NCBI RefSeq assembly: GCF_004010195.1
Contig: NC_057752.1
Span: 7,347,785 to 7,411,784 of the forward strand
Direction of reading: 5' to 3'
Source: Chiloscyllium plagiosum
Lineage: Eukaryota
DNA: 64,000 bases
Positions within the stretch are counted from its first letter, which is position 1, and every line of letters begins with the position of its first letter. Below, piece by piece: positions 1 through 13,314 of this stretch. The notes beneath the pieces were generated by a model. It was not told where the DNA came from and ran no database searches. It worked only from the letters and a program-made list of their open reading frames with translations. Position numbers and translations under genes: made by a program.

Positions 1-204
1 AAAAACATCCCAGAAAGGCCATATTTTACTGAATGTGGCATCAAGGATCACCAGCAAAACTGGAAGCAACAGTGTTGTGTATTTGTGCAAGTATAGTGGA
101 CTGTTACTTTAAGAGTCCAATCATGTGATAGAATGACATTATTGGTTGTTTTGAGTGGATAAACAGCTCTCTCTAACCTTGCTGCCTGTAGTGAGCATCT
201 TCAT

Positions 205-620
205 AAAAAAACAGGAACATATGAGCAGGAATAGGCAATTCAACCACTTGAACCTGTTCTGCCATTCATTATGATCATGGCTGATCATAGAATTCAATGC
301 CTCAAATTTTATCCTGCCCCCTTTAGCCACAAGAGCTATAATCTACCTCCTTGAAAATGAATAATATTTTGGCCTCAACCACTTTCTATCGTAGTGAATT
401 TGTTTGGCCTCACCACTCGAGGTGAAGAAATGTCTCCTCATCTCATAAAAAGTTTGCCCCCTTTTGTTTAAACTATGACCCTTGTTTTGGACTCCCATAT
501 GAGCAGGAACATCCTTCCTACAGCCAACTTGTCTCGTCTTGTTAGAATTCTTTTGAACTCCAGCGAATTGAATCCTAACCAACTCAATTTCTCATATGTC
601 AGTTCTGCCATCCCAAGTTC
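205..620 (-). mobile_element. CR1-type LINE 3' fragment
   Basis: Reverse-strand CR1 3' tail and RT C-terminus (ORF 343..582: 'KGHSLNKRGQTFYEMRRHFFT'), similar to 60350-60747. Confidence 0.75.
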
Positions 621-885
621 ATCAATTTGATTCCTGTCCTGCTGTTGAAAACTGCAGTCACCTGGCCCTGCTTGGAATTTAAGAAAACTGGCAAAGGATG
701 AAAATTGCTTGAAAGCAAATAAAATTCACCCCAGGTGAATAGCACAGATGCAGTTTGCCATGTGCTTCCCCTGAAGGATCACTGAGTACCAAGTACCCTA
801 CACACAGAGGGAAATATCTGAGCTAGGGCTAGGGGTATAGACTCAAAAAAACAGACAGAGCCTTAGGAAAACCTTGTTTTATATA

Positions 886-1615
886 GTTAAAAATCACAAC
901 AACAGGTTATAGTCCAACAGATTTATTTGGAAGTACAAGCTTTTGAATGCTGCTTCTTTGTTAGGTAGTGAGTGGGGCACGATCGTAGGACACAGAATTT
1001 ATAGAAAACGATCATAGTGTCATACACTGATGCAATATATTGAACAAACCTAGATTGCTGTTAAGTCTTTCACCTTTTAGAATGGGCTGCAGGTTTCGAC
1101 TCATTAATATGTAAATCTCAGAACTTCTTTCAAGTCATATTCCTGAGATAACTTCAACTTTTATTAAAAAAGGTGACATCTCAGCTCAGACAATGCATTA
1201 AAGGTGTGAGGTTAGAGTCTGTATGTATTCCAGTCTTGAGTCAGACTGGTTCATTTTTCAAAGTAGGAATTTATAAAATGTCACATGGATTATACAAAGT
1301 ATTTACTGCCTGCAGATTGTATGCTTTTTGAACAAAATAGAATGTATCTGCAAATACAATTCTGCAAATGCAAATTCACGCAACAGACTGTGTGTGTTGG
1401 GGAGGAGGTTGAGGGCAGTGGGGGAAGGGTGTGTGTGTGTGTTTATGTGAGAGTGTGTGTGTATATGTGCTTGATAGAGTGATGTATATGCCTGTGCATG
1501 AGTGTGATGTATATGCCTGTGAGAGGGTGTGCACATGAGTGTGACTGTGGGGAGTTTGTGTGTGTGCCTGAGAGAGAACATGTGTATGAGAGAAGGTCTG
1601 TGTGAGTGTGTGAGT

Positions 1616-1650
<35 letters not shown>
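886..1650 (-). mobile_element. Penelope-like element terminal-repeat fragment with (GT)n/(GA)n tract
   Basis: 886-1250 closely matches 23921-24290 (aaaatcacaacaacaggttatagtccaacag...); the hammerhead core is decayed in this copy; simple repeats at 1390-1652. Confidence 0.7.

Positions 1651-1652
<2 letters not shown>
1390..1652. repeat. (TG)n/(GA)n compound microsatellite
   Basis: Directly visible dinucleotide runs. Confidence 0.9.
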
Positions 1653-1654
1653 AT

Positions 1655-4251
1655 CTACTCAGATGAGAGATCTGCCGTTTTGTGAACTCTCATGCTCGAG
1701 ATTAGTTGTTCAGCTTTCATGGCTGCTAGCTCCATCAAGACAAACACGAATGTCGACTCAAAACTGGCATCAGTGAGGATGAACAGGTCATGTAGCAGCA
1801 AAATGCTGATATAAAGAAGCTTTATATAGAAACTATGGCAAAAGAGGACACATTGTTTGAGGAAGAAACGTGAACAACGCGTGGCAAAAATACAAAAGCT
1901 GAAGAATAGAAAGAAAAATCTACATGGTAGAGAAAAAATGAGGACATGAGAAAAGCCAAGACACAGTCTGAAGAGGAGCTGTTATTAAACATACTGGCCA
2001 TTGCTGGTGACATAACCAATACTGGATCATCCCATACTGAATGGTAAACCAGTAAGGATGGAAGTGAACACCAGAGCAGTAGTTTCAGTGATACCTGAAA
2101 AAGTGTGTATCAGAAACAGCTGAGTCACATGATGCTGCAACCCTCAATAATTGTACTAAGACCATTCATATGTGAAGTGGTTAAAGGGTTCATCGATATT
2201 CAATTATATGCATCAGTCTGAAGATTTGTCCTTACATATTGTCAAAAGAAAATTCCCACTTTTATTTGGAAGAATGTGGTGAAAATCAAACTGTTGAACT
2301 GACGTAAATTGCTTGTCAAATTCTGAGACTGATCTATCACATATTCTAAAGAAACATGCCATTGTTTTTCGTTGGAACTCTGGGAAGCATGGAATAAGAT
2401 CTGTCAAATTGAAAATTAAGGAAGAGAATCAAGCAAAAGTTGCAAGGCTAGATCAGTGCCTTATACAAATCAGGCCAAAGGTCAAGGCAGAATTTGAGAG
2501 GCTGGTCAAGATGGGAGTCCTTGAACCTGTGATTTGGCCATGTTTATCATACTAATGAAAAGTAAAGATAGATCAGATATATCTATGGTGATTTCAGGGT
2601 CACTATTAATCTGGTACTGTGTGCTGAGCAGTATCCTTTGCCTTTAAATTGTTGGACTTATTTGTTAGATTAGCTGCAGATTGGCTTTTCAGTAAAGTTG
2701 ATTTTAGTCCAGCCTATCTCCAGATAACTGTAGATCCTGAGTCACAGAAATACTTGACAATTTTAACACATTAAAAAAAAAGAACTATTCAAATACAAAA
2801 GACACCCTTTTGGAATCACATTTGCACCTGTGTTATTCCAACATGACATGAATTAGATTTGTAGTGGATTGGAAAGAGTCGAATATTACCTTGACAAAGT
2901 GTTAGTCACGGGGAGAAACAAAAATGAAAAAAGAGCATCTCCACAATTTTGGTGCTATTCTAGAGACTTGAAGATTATGGCCTAAGAGTAAAGAAAGAAA
3001 TGTGAATTTTAAAAAAATCTTACATTGAATATTGAGGCCATCTTCAAAAGTAGGCCATAACCCGAGATACCAGCACCTGAAAATAAAACCAACTATGATA
3101 ATTTTTGGGCTTGCTAAATTACTATGGCGGGTTGGTCCCAAATCTTGCAAACATTCAAGCTATCACTCAATTTATGCCAAAACGAGAAATAGAAATGAGA
3201 AGATCAATGTGAAACAACCTTTACACAAGCTAAAGAGGCTTATTTATGTCAGAAGTTCTGACTCATTTTGACTAGCATGTGATACATCACCATATGGAGT
3301 AGGAGCAGTCGTTTCTCACATATTACCCAATGTGGAAGAGAAGTCAATAGCTTTTGCTGCAAAAATCATTAAACAAAGCAGAAACAGATAGAGAAAGAAG
3401 CTCTCGGAGTCATTTTTGGCATCAGACAGTTCCACCAATAACTGTATGGCCAGGAATTTACCCTATTAACAGACCACAGACCATTGACCACAACATTTGG
3501 GCCTCATTACAGGGTTACCTTCTCTAGCATCAAGCCAAATGCAGAGGTGGGCATTGTTGCTATTAACCAATACATACAATTAAATATTTGCAATCAGACT
3601 TACTTGGCGATGCTGATGGGTAGTCGAGATTACCTTTGCTAAATGAATCGACTACAAACAGTCCTTATATACACATTTTCTACTTCAAACAAGTAGAGAA
3701 TACTCCAGTAGTGACAGGACAAGTTAAGAAGTATACTGGAAATGATTAATTACTGTCAAAAGTGATAGACATGGTACTTTGTGGCAAGATCATAGGAATA
3801 ACCCATATGGTCACATGGAAGCTAGAACTGTCCTTACCAGTGGGATGTCTCCTATTGCGGGTCATTATTCCACCACAGCTAATGAAGTGTGTGTTAAATC
3901 AGCTCCACAATAAGTCAGTGTGGCATTGTGAGAAGGAGATAACTAGGCTATTTTTGGTGGCCAGGACTCAATACTGAAATTGAGAAGACAGGAACACGTG
4001 CAGTGTGGGCAAGAGCTTACAACCTACTTCCATTAGCACCATTATGCCCATGGGAATGGTCAGAAATGTCACAGCAAAATAATTTGTATTAACTACACTG
4101 TACCTTTTGAAGGGTGAATGTTTCTCATAGTGGTTGATGCACATACGAAATGGTCCGAAGTTGCCATTAAGACGACATCATCTTCAGAGAAAACCATTGA
4201 AAAACAAGGGGAGATTTTTAAGAGGTTTGGTTATCCAGAATTGCTTGTTAG
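1655..4251 (+). mobile_element. Decayed Ty3/Gypsy LTR retrotransposon pol (PR-RT-RNaseH-INT), truncated in the integrase
   Basis: Protease NGKPVRMEV(N)T near 2040; RT-like GDFRVTIN..EQYPLP (~2590) and YYLDKVLVTG (~2885); RNase H ACDTSPYGVGAVVSH (~3275); integrase MFLIVVDAHTKWSEV and GYPELLVS| at 4117-4252; many stops and frameshifts. Confidence 0.85.
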
Positions 4252-4908
4252 TATGACGATGCTGCTCGTTTAACAAGGTTATGCTGTCCTTGGTTTTTGT
4301 TTTCAGAGATGTCGTAAAAGCAGCAATTCCAAAAAGTCTGGCTTGGAGGGGTTTTAGGGCCAGTTTGACAGTAGCTACCAGATACTGCTTCAGGCAAAAG
4401 GCTTTCAAGTTTTTTCAAAAAACACTTGTACAATGTAAGGGTAGTAGCCAATTCTCCCAGCTCAGCTTTTCTCTGGTTTGATGTGGTTTTGGCAGTCTCG
4501 CTATTCACTGAAAGCAGGCAGACAGTTTTGAGGCTGCTGATCCAAGAAACAGCAACATGGAAGAAGGTATTCCATGCTGCCATCGCTCTGTCTCTCTCTC
4601 GTAAGATCCTGTACTTGATTATACCTTTTGTGCCAAGGGGTGTTTATATGGATTGTCGCAGGTATTGGGAACAGCATCATTAAATTGGTATAATCTGTTG
4701 GATTTTCGAATAAGTTAAATTATTCAGTGTTTTATTTTGTGTTTCATTCAGTAATCTTGTAAACAAATTCTGTTTTGTTTAAAACTAAGTGGTTTGACCA
4801 GCTGCATCACTCCTGGAATATCTGTGTTACACCTGCTTAAAACAACTAGCAAAGTTGGGGTCCAGAGTACTTGAAATAGTTTGAGGGGGTCTGGCCTGGT
4901 CCATAACA
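4252..4908 (+). mobile_element. 5' LTR of Gmr1-like Gypsy element
   Basis: Ends ...ggtctggcctggtccataaCA; related to the solo LTRs at 21742-22674 and 8668-11649; followed by a PBS. Confidence 0.75.
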
Positions 4909-4911
4909 GAT

Positions 4912-4930
4912 TGGGGGCTCTTTGTGGGAT
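4912..4930 (+). promoter_or_regulatory. Primer-binding site, tRNA-Pro-like
   Basis: tgggggctctttgtgggat, 3 nt after the LTR, resembles the tRNA-Pro PBS TGGGGGCTCGTCCGGGAT. Confidence 0.7.
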
Positions 4931-5039
4931 TTGTTCTGTAGTTCCAATTGGGATTAGGATTTTTGGACTTGAAGGCAGCAAGTGATAGGTGTTAGTGTCT
5001 TTTGTTCCAGGTGTTGAATTTGGTTGGTTTATACAGTGC

Positions 5040-7740
5040 TTGGGATAACAGTGGCTCTTTCAGTCACCAAGAGTTTTCTGGGGTGGAAGAAGTGACTTTG
5101 GGGATTTTACAAAAGGTGATTAAGGCTGGAATTAGCAATCGAGCTGGAGCTGCCTCCTTCCATGAAGAAAGGAGAGATCATTACCACAATAGCTCAGCAT
5201 TTAAATTTGCTGGAAACAGCATTAGAGATGGCTAAAATTCAATTGAAAATGAAGCAGCTTGAGTGACAGGCAAAAGAGAAGGACAGGGCAACGCAAATGA
5301 AACAGTCTGAATTCCGATTAAAAGCAAAGGAAAGAGAAAAAGAACAAATTGCTTTAGCAGAACAAAAAGAAGAGAAAGAGAGAGAAGAGATAGAAAAGGA
5401 GAGAGGGGAAAGGAAGAAAGAGAGGGAGTTTGAACTTCAGAAGTTGGCACTTAGATTGGAATTCAAAAATTCACTTCCTGAAGTAGTGAGAACTCATGTT
5501 GAGATCAGAGTTAAAACGTCAAGATTAGCAGCTGAAATGGCTGTCAATTATGAGTTGGTCCATAAGTCAAAGTTTGGCTTCCAACATCAATTTCAATTGT
5601 GAGGGATAGAAATTGGGGAAAAGAGAAATCCTCAGATGGAAAGAGAAAGGTAGATCTCGGTGAAGATCAGAAGGATAACTTACCACAGGGTAAAAAGGAA
5701 ACTCTTGAAGGGGACAGTGTTTTCACTGCAATGAAATCGGCCACATGAAATCACTGTGTTAGTGGGTTAGGAAAAACACTGGGAAGCCAAATGTAGGAAA
5801 ACAGGATAAGCCAGTGAATTTTGTTGGAGTGGCAATGGAAAACACAGTGTAGGCTAGAAAGCTGCACTAGAATGTATAACCTGGATGGGGGTTGGTTAAG
5901 CAGGAAGTGCCAGATCTTCTTAAACCATGTACCTGCGAAGGTAAAGTTTACTCGCGTACGCCAGGAGCAGCAGGTAAAGAGGTTACAATATTAAGAAATA
6001 CAGGATCCTCTCAATTTGTGATGTTGAAGATAAGGAGATATGTACTTCTGAAGGACTATTGCTAGAAAAGGTACTAGTAATGGGAATTCATGGTGAGACA
6101 AGAAGCACTCAGTTATTTAAAGTGAGGTTAGAGTGTCCAGGGAAGAGTAGAGAAGTTGTGTTCGGAGTACTGGACAAACTCTCAGCTCCAGGAATACAAT
6201 TTGTCCTTGTTATTGATGTAGCTGGTTCGCAGGTAGGAGTAATGCCTACTGTAGTCGAAAAACTATTGCAGGACACATATCCTGGGATTTTTCCTGACTG
6301 TGTGGTAATGAGGTCACAAAGTCACCAGTTGAAACAGGAGAAATCAAAGAGTACAGATAAGAAAGTTAACGTGCAATTAGCAGAGACCCTGTTTGATCTG
6401 GTGGTTTACACAAACCGGGACAGATAGATGACAAAGCGAATACCTTTAGCTCAGAAAAATTAACTGAGTTACAGCAGAAAGATGAGAATTTAAAGCAATT
6501 GTATCAAAAGGCAAACAGAAAAATAATCCAAATGTATCCCTGAATGTTACTATCTTAAAAATGATGTCTTAACAAGGAAATGGAGATCATCACATATTCA
6601 GGCAGATGAGAAATAGGCAGAAGTTCATAAAGCTGTATTGCCAGTGGGTTATAGAAATGAGGTGTTAGGAGTGGCACATGAGCTACCACTAGAGGGTCAT
6701 TTATGTGTGAGAAAAACTCAAGCTCAAATACAAAAACATTTTTGTTGGCCTGGACTGCACAAGGATGTAGTTGAATTTTGCCAGCCATGTCAAGTAATTG
6801 GAAAACTACAAGCAGTAATAAAATCTGCACCTTTAATACCTATTCTTGCATTTGAGGAACCTTTTACAAGAGTCTTAATTAGTACCCTGACCCAAAACAA
6901 AAAAATCGGAATCAGTATTTGTTAACAATAATGGATGTGTCCACTATATTTCCAGAGGCTGTTCCATTATGCAGTATCACAGCTAAAAGGATTGTAGAGA
7001 AATTACTCAAGTTTTTCTCTAGATACCGACTACCCACAGAGATATAATCAGACCAAGGGTCAAACTTTACGTCAAAATAATTGAAGGAAGTTATGGACAG
7101 CTTCGGAATAAAACAATTCAAATCTACTGCGTAGCATCCAGAATTGTAGGGACCGCTAGAAAGGTGGCATTAGATATTAAAGACCATGTTGAGGCGTATA
7201 GTCAAGACTATCCAGATGATTGGGATAAGGGAATTCTGTTAGTGCTTTTTGCAATCAGAGATGCACCAAATGAATTGACCAAATTTAGCCCATTTGGATT
7301 AGTTTTTGGGCATGAAGTGAGAGGACTGCTAAATTTGATTAAGGAGAAATTGGTCAGTCAGAATTCAGAGACCACATATTTGGACTATGTGTCAAATTTT
7401 AGGGAATGATTAAATAGAGCGGGGGATTTGGTTAGACAGCATTTAAAGGTATCACAGCATACAATGTAACAGGAAGCAGACGAGGAATAAAAAACTCACA
7501 ATTTTGCTATCAGAGATAAAGTGTTTGTGTTACTTCCAGTGATAGGCAAACCTTTAAAAGCAAGGTTTAGTGGACCTTATCAAGTTGAAAGGAAATTGAA
7601 TGTGATGAACTATTTGATAAGAACTCTTAGACAGAAAGAAATCTCACAGAGTGTGTCATGTGAATATGCTCAAAAGGTATTTTGACAGGGAAGGAAAGCC
7701 AAAGGAGACTGTGTTATTGGTTACAACACAGAGGGAAGTT
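5040..7740 (+). mobile_element. Gmr1-like Gypsy internal region: gag (coiled coil, CCHC), protease, integrase; decayed and 3'-truncated
   Basis: E/K-rich coiled coil 5297-5450; zinc knuckle CFHCNEIGHMKSLC at 5718; protease ILRNTGSSQ ~5990; integrase AHELPLEGHL..CQPCQ, SDQGSNFTS, GPY..CHVNMLKRY at 6640-7680. Confidence 0.85.
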
Positions 7741-7741
7741 G

Positions 7742-8503
7742 GAACGTTGGACGAGAAATGGCAGATGGAATTTATTCCGGATAAATGTGAGATAATACAT
7801 TCTGGGAGGTCAAATGCAAGCAGGAAGTATGCAGTAAACGGTAGGATCCATTAGAGCACTGATACACAAAGGCATCTTGGGGTGCAAGTCCATAGCCCCC
7901 TGAACCTGGCAACACAAGTGGATAGAATAGTAAAGAAGGAATACTGCCTGCATTCCATCAGTTGGTACATTGAGTATAAAAGTTGGCAATTCATGTTACA
8001 GCTGTGTAAAAGTTTAGATAGGCTTTATTTAGAGTATTGTGTGCAGTTCTGTTGCCACACTACAGGAAGGTTGTGGAGGCTTTGCAGGGGGTGCAAAAGA
8101 AGTTTACCAGGATGTTACTTAGATTGGAGTGCATTAGCTACAAGGAGAGCTTGGACAAGTTTGTTATCAATAGAGCATCAGAGGCTCAGGTGTGACTTGA
8201 TTAGAAGTATATAAAATAATGAGAGGCATGCATAAGGTGGGTAATCAGGATTCATTTTCCCAAGTTGGAAGTATCAAATACTAGGGGATATAGGCTTAAG
8301 GTGAGAGGGGTAAAGTTTAAAGGAGTTGGGCAAGATATATGTTTTACACAGAGGGCAGTAGGTGCCTGAAATGTGCTGCCAGGAGAGGTGGTTGAAGCAA
8401 GTATGACAGACACATGAACACGCAGGGATATGAGCCATGTGCAGTCGGATGGGATTAGTTTAGAATGACATCATGGTTTGCACAGACATGGTAGGCCAAA
8501 GGG
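7742..8503 (+). mobile_element. CR1 LINE 3' fragment
   Basis: EKWQMEFIPDKCEIIH, LEYCVQF motifs and CR1 3' tail. Confidence 0.85.
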
Positions 8504-8667
8504 AATAATATATTGTTACTGTTTGAGAGCTTGGGTTCTAAAGTGGAGGAAAAATGTTTTTTAGTTTTCAGTTCTGTAAAAATCTGACCACTTTTGAGAG
8601 GTCAGATTGTAATTTTTTTGAACAGTGAGCTAAAGACAACATTTGCAAGCAATCATGTGATTTTAGC

Positions 8668-11649
8668 TGTACTAGACCAGACCAGACCCCCTCAAAATAT
8701 ATCAAGGAGATAGCCTACACCTTAACTTATATCTGTGTTCCAGATGTGATTCAATTGGTCAGACTACTAGGTGCTAAATAAACACACTTGATTCTTACAC
8801 CAGAGTTAAAATACAAAAACAAATTGCCATAACTTTAACTTGATTAAAATCCTTAACAAAAGAATATATTATTTAACTATTAATCATCAATGGTTCCTAC
8901 ATAGCAGCATCCCATAAATACACCCTTGGCAAAGGCAAATTCAGCCTCACATGCTATCTCCAGTCCAAGAGAAAATGTAGTGATTGTAACGAGGTCAGCC
9001 AGGTGGATCTCATAAAATACGAGTTCCCTGATTGGGCCCTGGCGACAGATAAGAGGAGGACATTCTGACAGTCTGAGAGCTGACTCTGAGGGTGTTGGAC
9101 CAGTGTCACGGGCTTTCCATGTGTAAATAAAGAATGACTTGGTGACGGGATACTGCCTCTCTGGAGTTATTTCAGTGGCGTCGGGAGTAAAGCACATTCC
9201 TGAAGAAACCCTCTTGCAACAGTCGTCTTTGAATTAGGATAAACATTTCTGGCATCATGTCATTGTTTGGTAGGCTTGACTGGGTCAACCCTATCGTTGA
9301 AGACTGGGCCTACTACATGGAAAGAATGTGCTATTTTTTCTGGGCAAATGATATTGGGGCAGATGAAAAGCACCAAATAATTCTCCTGACAGCTTGTGGA
9401 CCTGCAGCAATTTTGGTAAACCCGACCCTAAGTTTTCCTGAGGCACCAGATACTAAAACCTTTCAATAATGGGCCACAAGCCCCTACTAGATTTACTGAA
9501 AGAGGACAAGGCAGTGTCATGAATAGCTTCAGGTTGATTTCAGCAGTTCACACTAATACTAAGTGTGTATAATTACAACTTGGAACACCAACTGGGAGGC
9601 CAAGTAGTGAATGTGGATGCATTGAGCTGCCTTCCATTGGTGGTACTGTCACTAGAATTGTCTGTAATGGTTTTACATTTTCTGGACACACTTACAGGCA
9701 CAGCTAATACCACCAGATTTCAGACACAGAATGATCTGGGCCTGGCAAACTGAAACAACTGGTGATAACTGAAGAAAGCAAAGGGCCGTCTCAACCACAA
9801 TCGAAACCTTTTTGGACCCAGAGAGACCAAATCACCATAGAGGATGTCATATTATTATGGGGAGCAAGAGTGATTGTACTGAACAAAGGTGACTGCTAGA
9901 TACTGACTGAACTCCACCAGGGTCATCCAGGGGTGTGCCAGCTCAGCGAGTAAACTTACAACCTGAGGAGTGTCCAAAGTGAAGGTATTGGTAAAAGGTT
10001 ATGTCTGGTGGCCAGGATTAGATACAGACATAGACACATTGGTGGAGCAGTGCACAGAGAGCCAAAAAGGACAAGAATTGCAGCCAGCAGCTCCCCCACA
10101 TTCATGGGAATGGCTGGATAAACCCTGCACTCACTTACATGTCAAATATGCAGGCCCTTTCATCGGCTCTATGTTCTTAGTCGTTGTAGATGCCCACTCG
10201 AAGTGATTGAACGTGCAGAGTTCATTTGTCAAACAGGGGGATGACAGTGGAAAAATTGCACGCATCTTTGGAATACACGGACACCCGGAAGCGTTGGTCA
10301 ATGGTAATGGGCCATCCTTTGCCAGCAGGGAATTTGAGTATTTCTGAAAGTCGAATGGGATTTGACATATAAGAACAGCTCCAAACCATTCATCACCCAA
10401 TAGTGTAGCGGAAAGAGCAGTCCAAACTTTGAAGGCAGGTTTGAAGAAACAGCCTATGCCTTTGCTAGATACCAAACTGTCCTAGTTCCAATTTGATTAT
10501 AGGACCACCCCTCGTACAACTACAAGGATAGCTCTAGCAGAGTTGCTAACGGGGAGAAGACTCTGCATCAGGTTAAATCTGGTCTTCCCAGACCTCAGGG
10601 TGGGGAGAGGGGGAAAATGGCATCAGGAATGCCAGTGCTGGATGCCAGACTCCGCTAAGCGGGAGAGACAGTTTACAGGTCGCAAAGTTTTGTGTAGGAA
10701 CCAAAGAAATGGCCATGTATGGGTAAGAGTCTTGGTCAACACAAGGTCAGGACCAGTGACGTATAAAGTTCGGGTATGAATGACAGTCCTGAACAAGCAT
10801 GTGGACTATATGAAAGCCATGAACTTGCAAACGGAGAAGGAGCAAAATGTGCCCTGCCACCCCAGAGTGGTTGGGAAGACTGTCGTAACCAATGGGCTCT
10901 CCCTCTCTGTCAAGTGTTGAAGAGATCTCTGAATCAGCAGAGCTCGCTGCATCAACACCTTTGCTGCTGGAAGAAGAGAGTGAATTTCTCTCAAGATGCT
11001 CCGAGTGGGTTACACATCACCCGTATCTGATGCAGATTTGGAGGAACGTGATGCAATGCTAAAACGCCCCAGGAGGTGTTACAAGCAAAAGGACTGCACT
11101 ATATCCCTCAGAGGGGGAGGGATGTAGTGATTATAATGAGGTCAGCCAGGTGGATCTCATAGAATATGAGTTCCCTGATTGGGGCTGTCAATCTGTTCCA
11201 ATCAGTGAGCCCTGGCTGACAGATAAAAAGTGTTTTAGACATTCTGAAAGCTTGCACTGAGGGAGCTGGATCAGTGTCAAGGACTTTCCATGTGTGAATA
11301 AAGGGTGGCTTGGTGGTAGAGTACTGGCCTCTGTGGAGTGATTTTGAAAAAAACATCAAAATAAACACTCCAACAGCAGAGAGAAAACTTAAGCCTTTGC
11401 TGCAGCAGAGACAGCTGTATCAAATGCTTCAAACCCCAATTTCAACTGAAAGCAAAACTAAAGCCCTGGGTTTGTGTGAGCCTGACTCAACCCACTCATG
11501 CTTAATTTGTCTAATTTTAAAAAAAAATCAGAGAGCTCAAAGCTGTTTACCCACTGCTTCTCAAGCAGGCATTTCAGTTCCAGGGTAATGATCCCACTCT
11601 GCAAAAGAAACACCACAGAACAAATCCCTTAAAGGCATATATCATCACA
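8668..11649 (-). mobile_element. Solo LTR (8668-8975 + 11347-11649) related to the 4252-4908 LTR
   Basis: Reverse complement reads TGtgatgat...gggggtctggtctggtctagtaCA; flanks tagc/tggc form an imperfect 4-bp TSD. Confidence 0.7.
8976..11346 (+). mobile_element. Internally deleted Gypsy element with paired ~200-bp LTRs (8976-9174, 11123-11346)
   Basis: Both LTRs begin tgtagtgatt; PBS-like tggcgtcgg at 9176; PPT agagggggaggga at 11110-11122; gag start MSLFGRLD..EDWAYYMER; jump to the RNase H end at ~9470; integrase LHQGHPG, YVWWPGLD, YAGPFIGSMFLVVVDAHSK. Confidence 0.9.
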
Positions 11650-12667
11650 TGGCTAAATGATTTGCAACCCCGACCTGGAGGAGTTAATTGCTGATGTGTT
11701 TGCTGATTTTAGATTTATAACCCAGAGTGGGTGAGACACAGTCCCAGAAGCAGGTTCATTCAAACAGAAACCTGCTCAATTAAAAAGAAAAGGTCCTTAA
11801 CAGCAAAGTTGCTATTATTAACATTCCCTGCAGTCAGGGCTAGGACAAAAGTCCTGAGTTGCTTAGAGGAAAACTCCAGAAGCAGAAAGTTGTGGAGGTG
11901 TCAGAGAAAAGAAAAATTGTTGAAGACATGAGATTAAGGAGTCTGGTTGTAAGTGAGCTGAATTAGCAGCTTGTTTAAAAGTCTTAGGCAGAGATGTTAG
12001 CCAAGGAAAATAGCACCAATGCAGAAGTTTGCCGATTACCTTTGTGCCAAATAAACAAGCTTTTGGATGGAGACGTAGGTGATCCTTCATCGAAGTTTGT
12101 GTGTCTGTAGGTTATTGTGGGGTTAAAAGTTCTGAATCTTCCTTTCTGATACTTGTAGTCAGACTGTATCAAATTGTTCTTCTGTAGTGTAACATACTTT
12201 GTGGTTTTTTTATATGTAATAAATTTTCATATTCATTTTGTTAAACGTACTTTGGCAACCTCTTGTAAATATGTTCAGTAACTGACCTCCACAGTAAACA
12301 AAAAAAATGAAATTTAACGTCTATCAAGCCAGGTTTCAGTCTGGTATCAGACTTGTTCAGTATTACCATCAGCGGGGATCATGACAGTGTCTAATGAAAA
12401 TAAATAGAACTTATGAAACCATTTTCATGGGGAGGATAAGTATATTTCATAGTCTTTTAGAATTATTTTAATTAGTGCTGCTGATGAGGAGATGGGGGAA
12501 TAAATATTCATCAGTCATTGTATTATTTTGTTTTATCTGTATGACAGGAAAATAAATAATAGTAAATGGAAGCATTTTCTGCAAAACTTGCAATTTTTCC
12601 ATCATACTAAATAGAGGTGAATTTATTAGGCAAATACTAATGCTCACAAAAATGTAGTAATTGAAAA

Positions 12668-12802
12668 CCAAAAGAATTGCAGATGCTGTAAATCAGAAAC
12701 AAAAACAGAAATGGCTGGAAAAGCTCAGCAGGTCTGGTAGCATCTGTGAAAAGAAATCAGAGTTAACGTTTCGGGTCCGATGACCTTTTCTCAGAACTGA
12801 GG
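12668..12802 (-). mobile_element. Short Penelope-derived terminal fragment
   Basis: Reverse complement ctgagaaaaggtcatcggacccgaaacgttaac...gatgctaccagacctgctgagcttttccagc; degenerate hammerhead-like core. Confidence 0.65.
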
Positions 12803-13314
12803 AATTTCCATTTTTGTAGTGTTTGAGAACTTTGATGCATAGAAGAAGAAAAATAATTGTGTTAAATCTTGCTGCATTCTGTACCAATAACATGCAGAAC
12901 AACAGTTCTTCTTGTTCTCTGCAGGTCCTATCTACTCTCATTTCATATGACTGATTTAGCAAAGGGAACTGTTATGGTGGGACAGGTTTCTCTTAAGCCA
13001 TGCTGGGACCAGTGTCCTAGCAAATTGAATAACTAGGGCTGAGAGAAGGCTTTAAACAAAACAGCCAGAGGGTTCTGGACAGAGGACACCTAGGCTTACA
13101 AAGAAAAAGAATGTGGCAGTATCGCAGGACAGCTATTTCGGGTAACGATACCCAGAGAGGGGCAGGTAGGGATAAAGTGGGCAAAAATAGCCAAACAGCA
13201 GTAGAGTCAAAGGGAGAAAGATGGTTTAAGGCAAAATTAATGGTTCTTAAACCAGCACACAGTATTCACACCAAAATAAACTTACAGCACAAATTGAGGT
13301 TAATGGGCAGAGAG

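Larger units (their letters stand above)
8514..12386 (+). mobile_element. Probable solo LTR (8514-8667 + 11650-12386) split by nested LTR insertions
   Basis: Starts TGtta, ends ...ggggatcatgaCA, AATAAA near 12218; the sequence rejoins across the inserted LTR; its own TSD is not clean. Confidence 0.55.
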
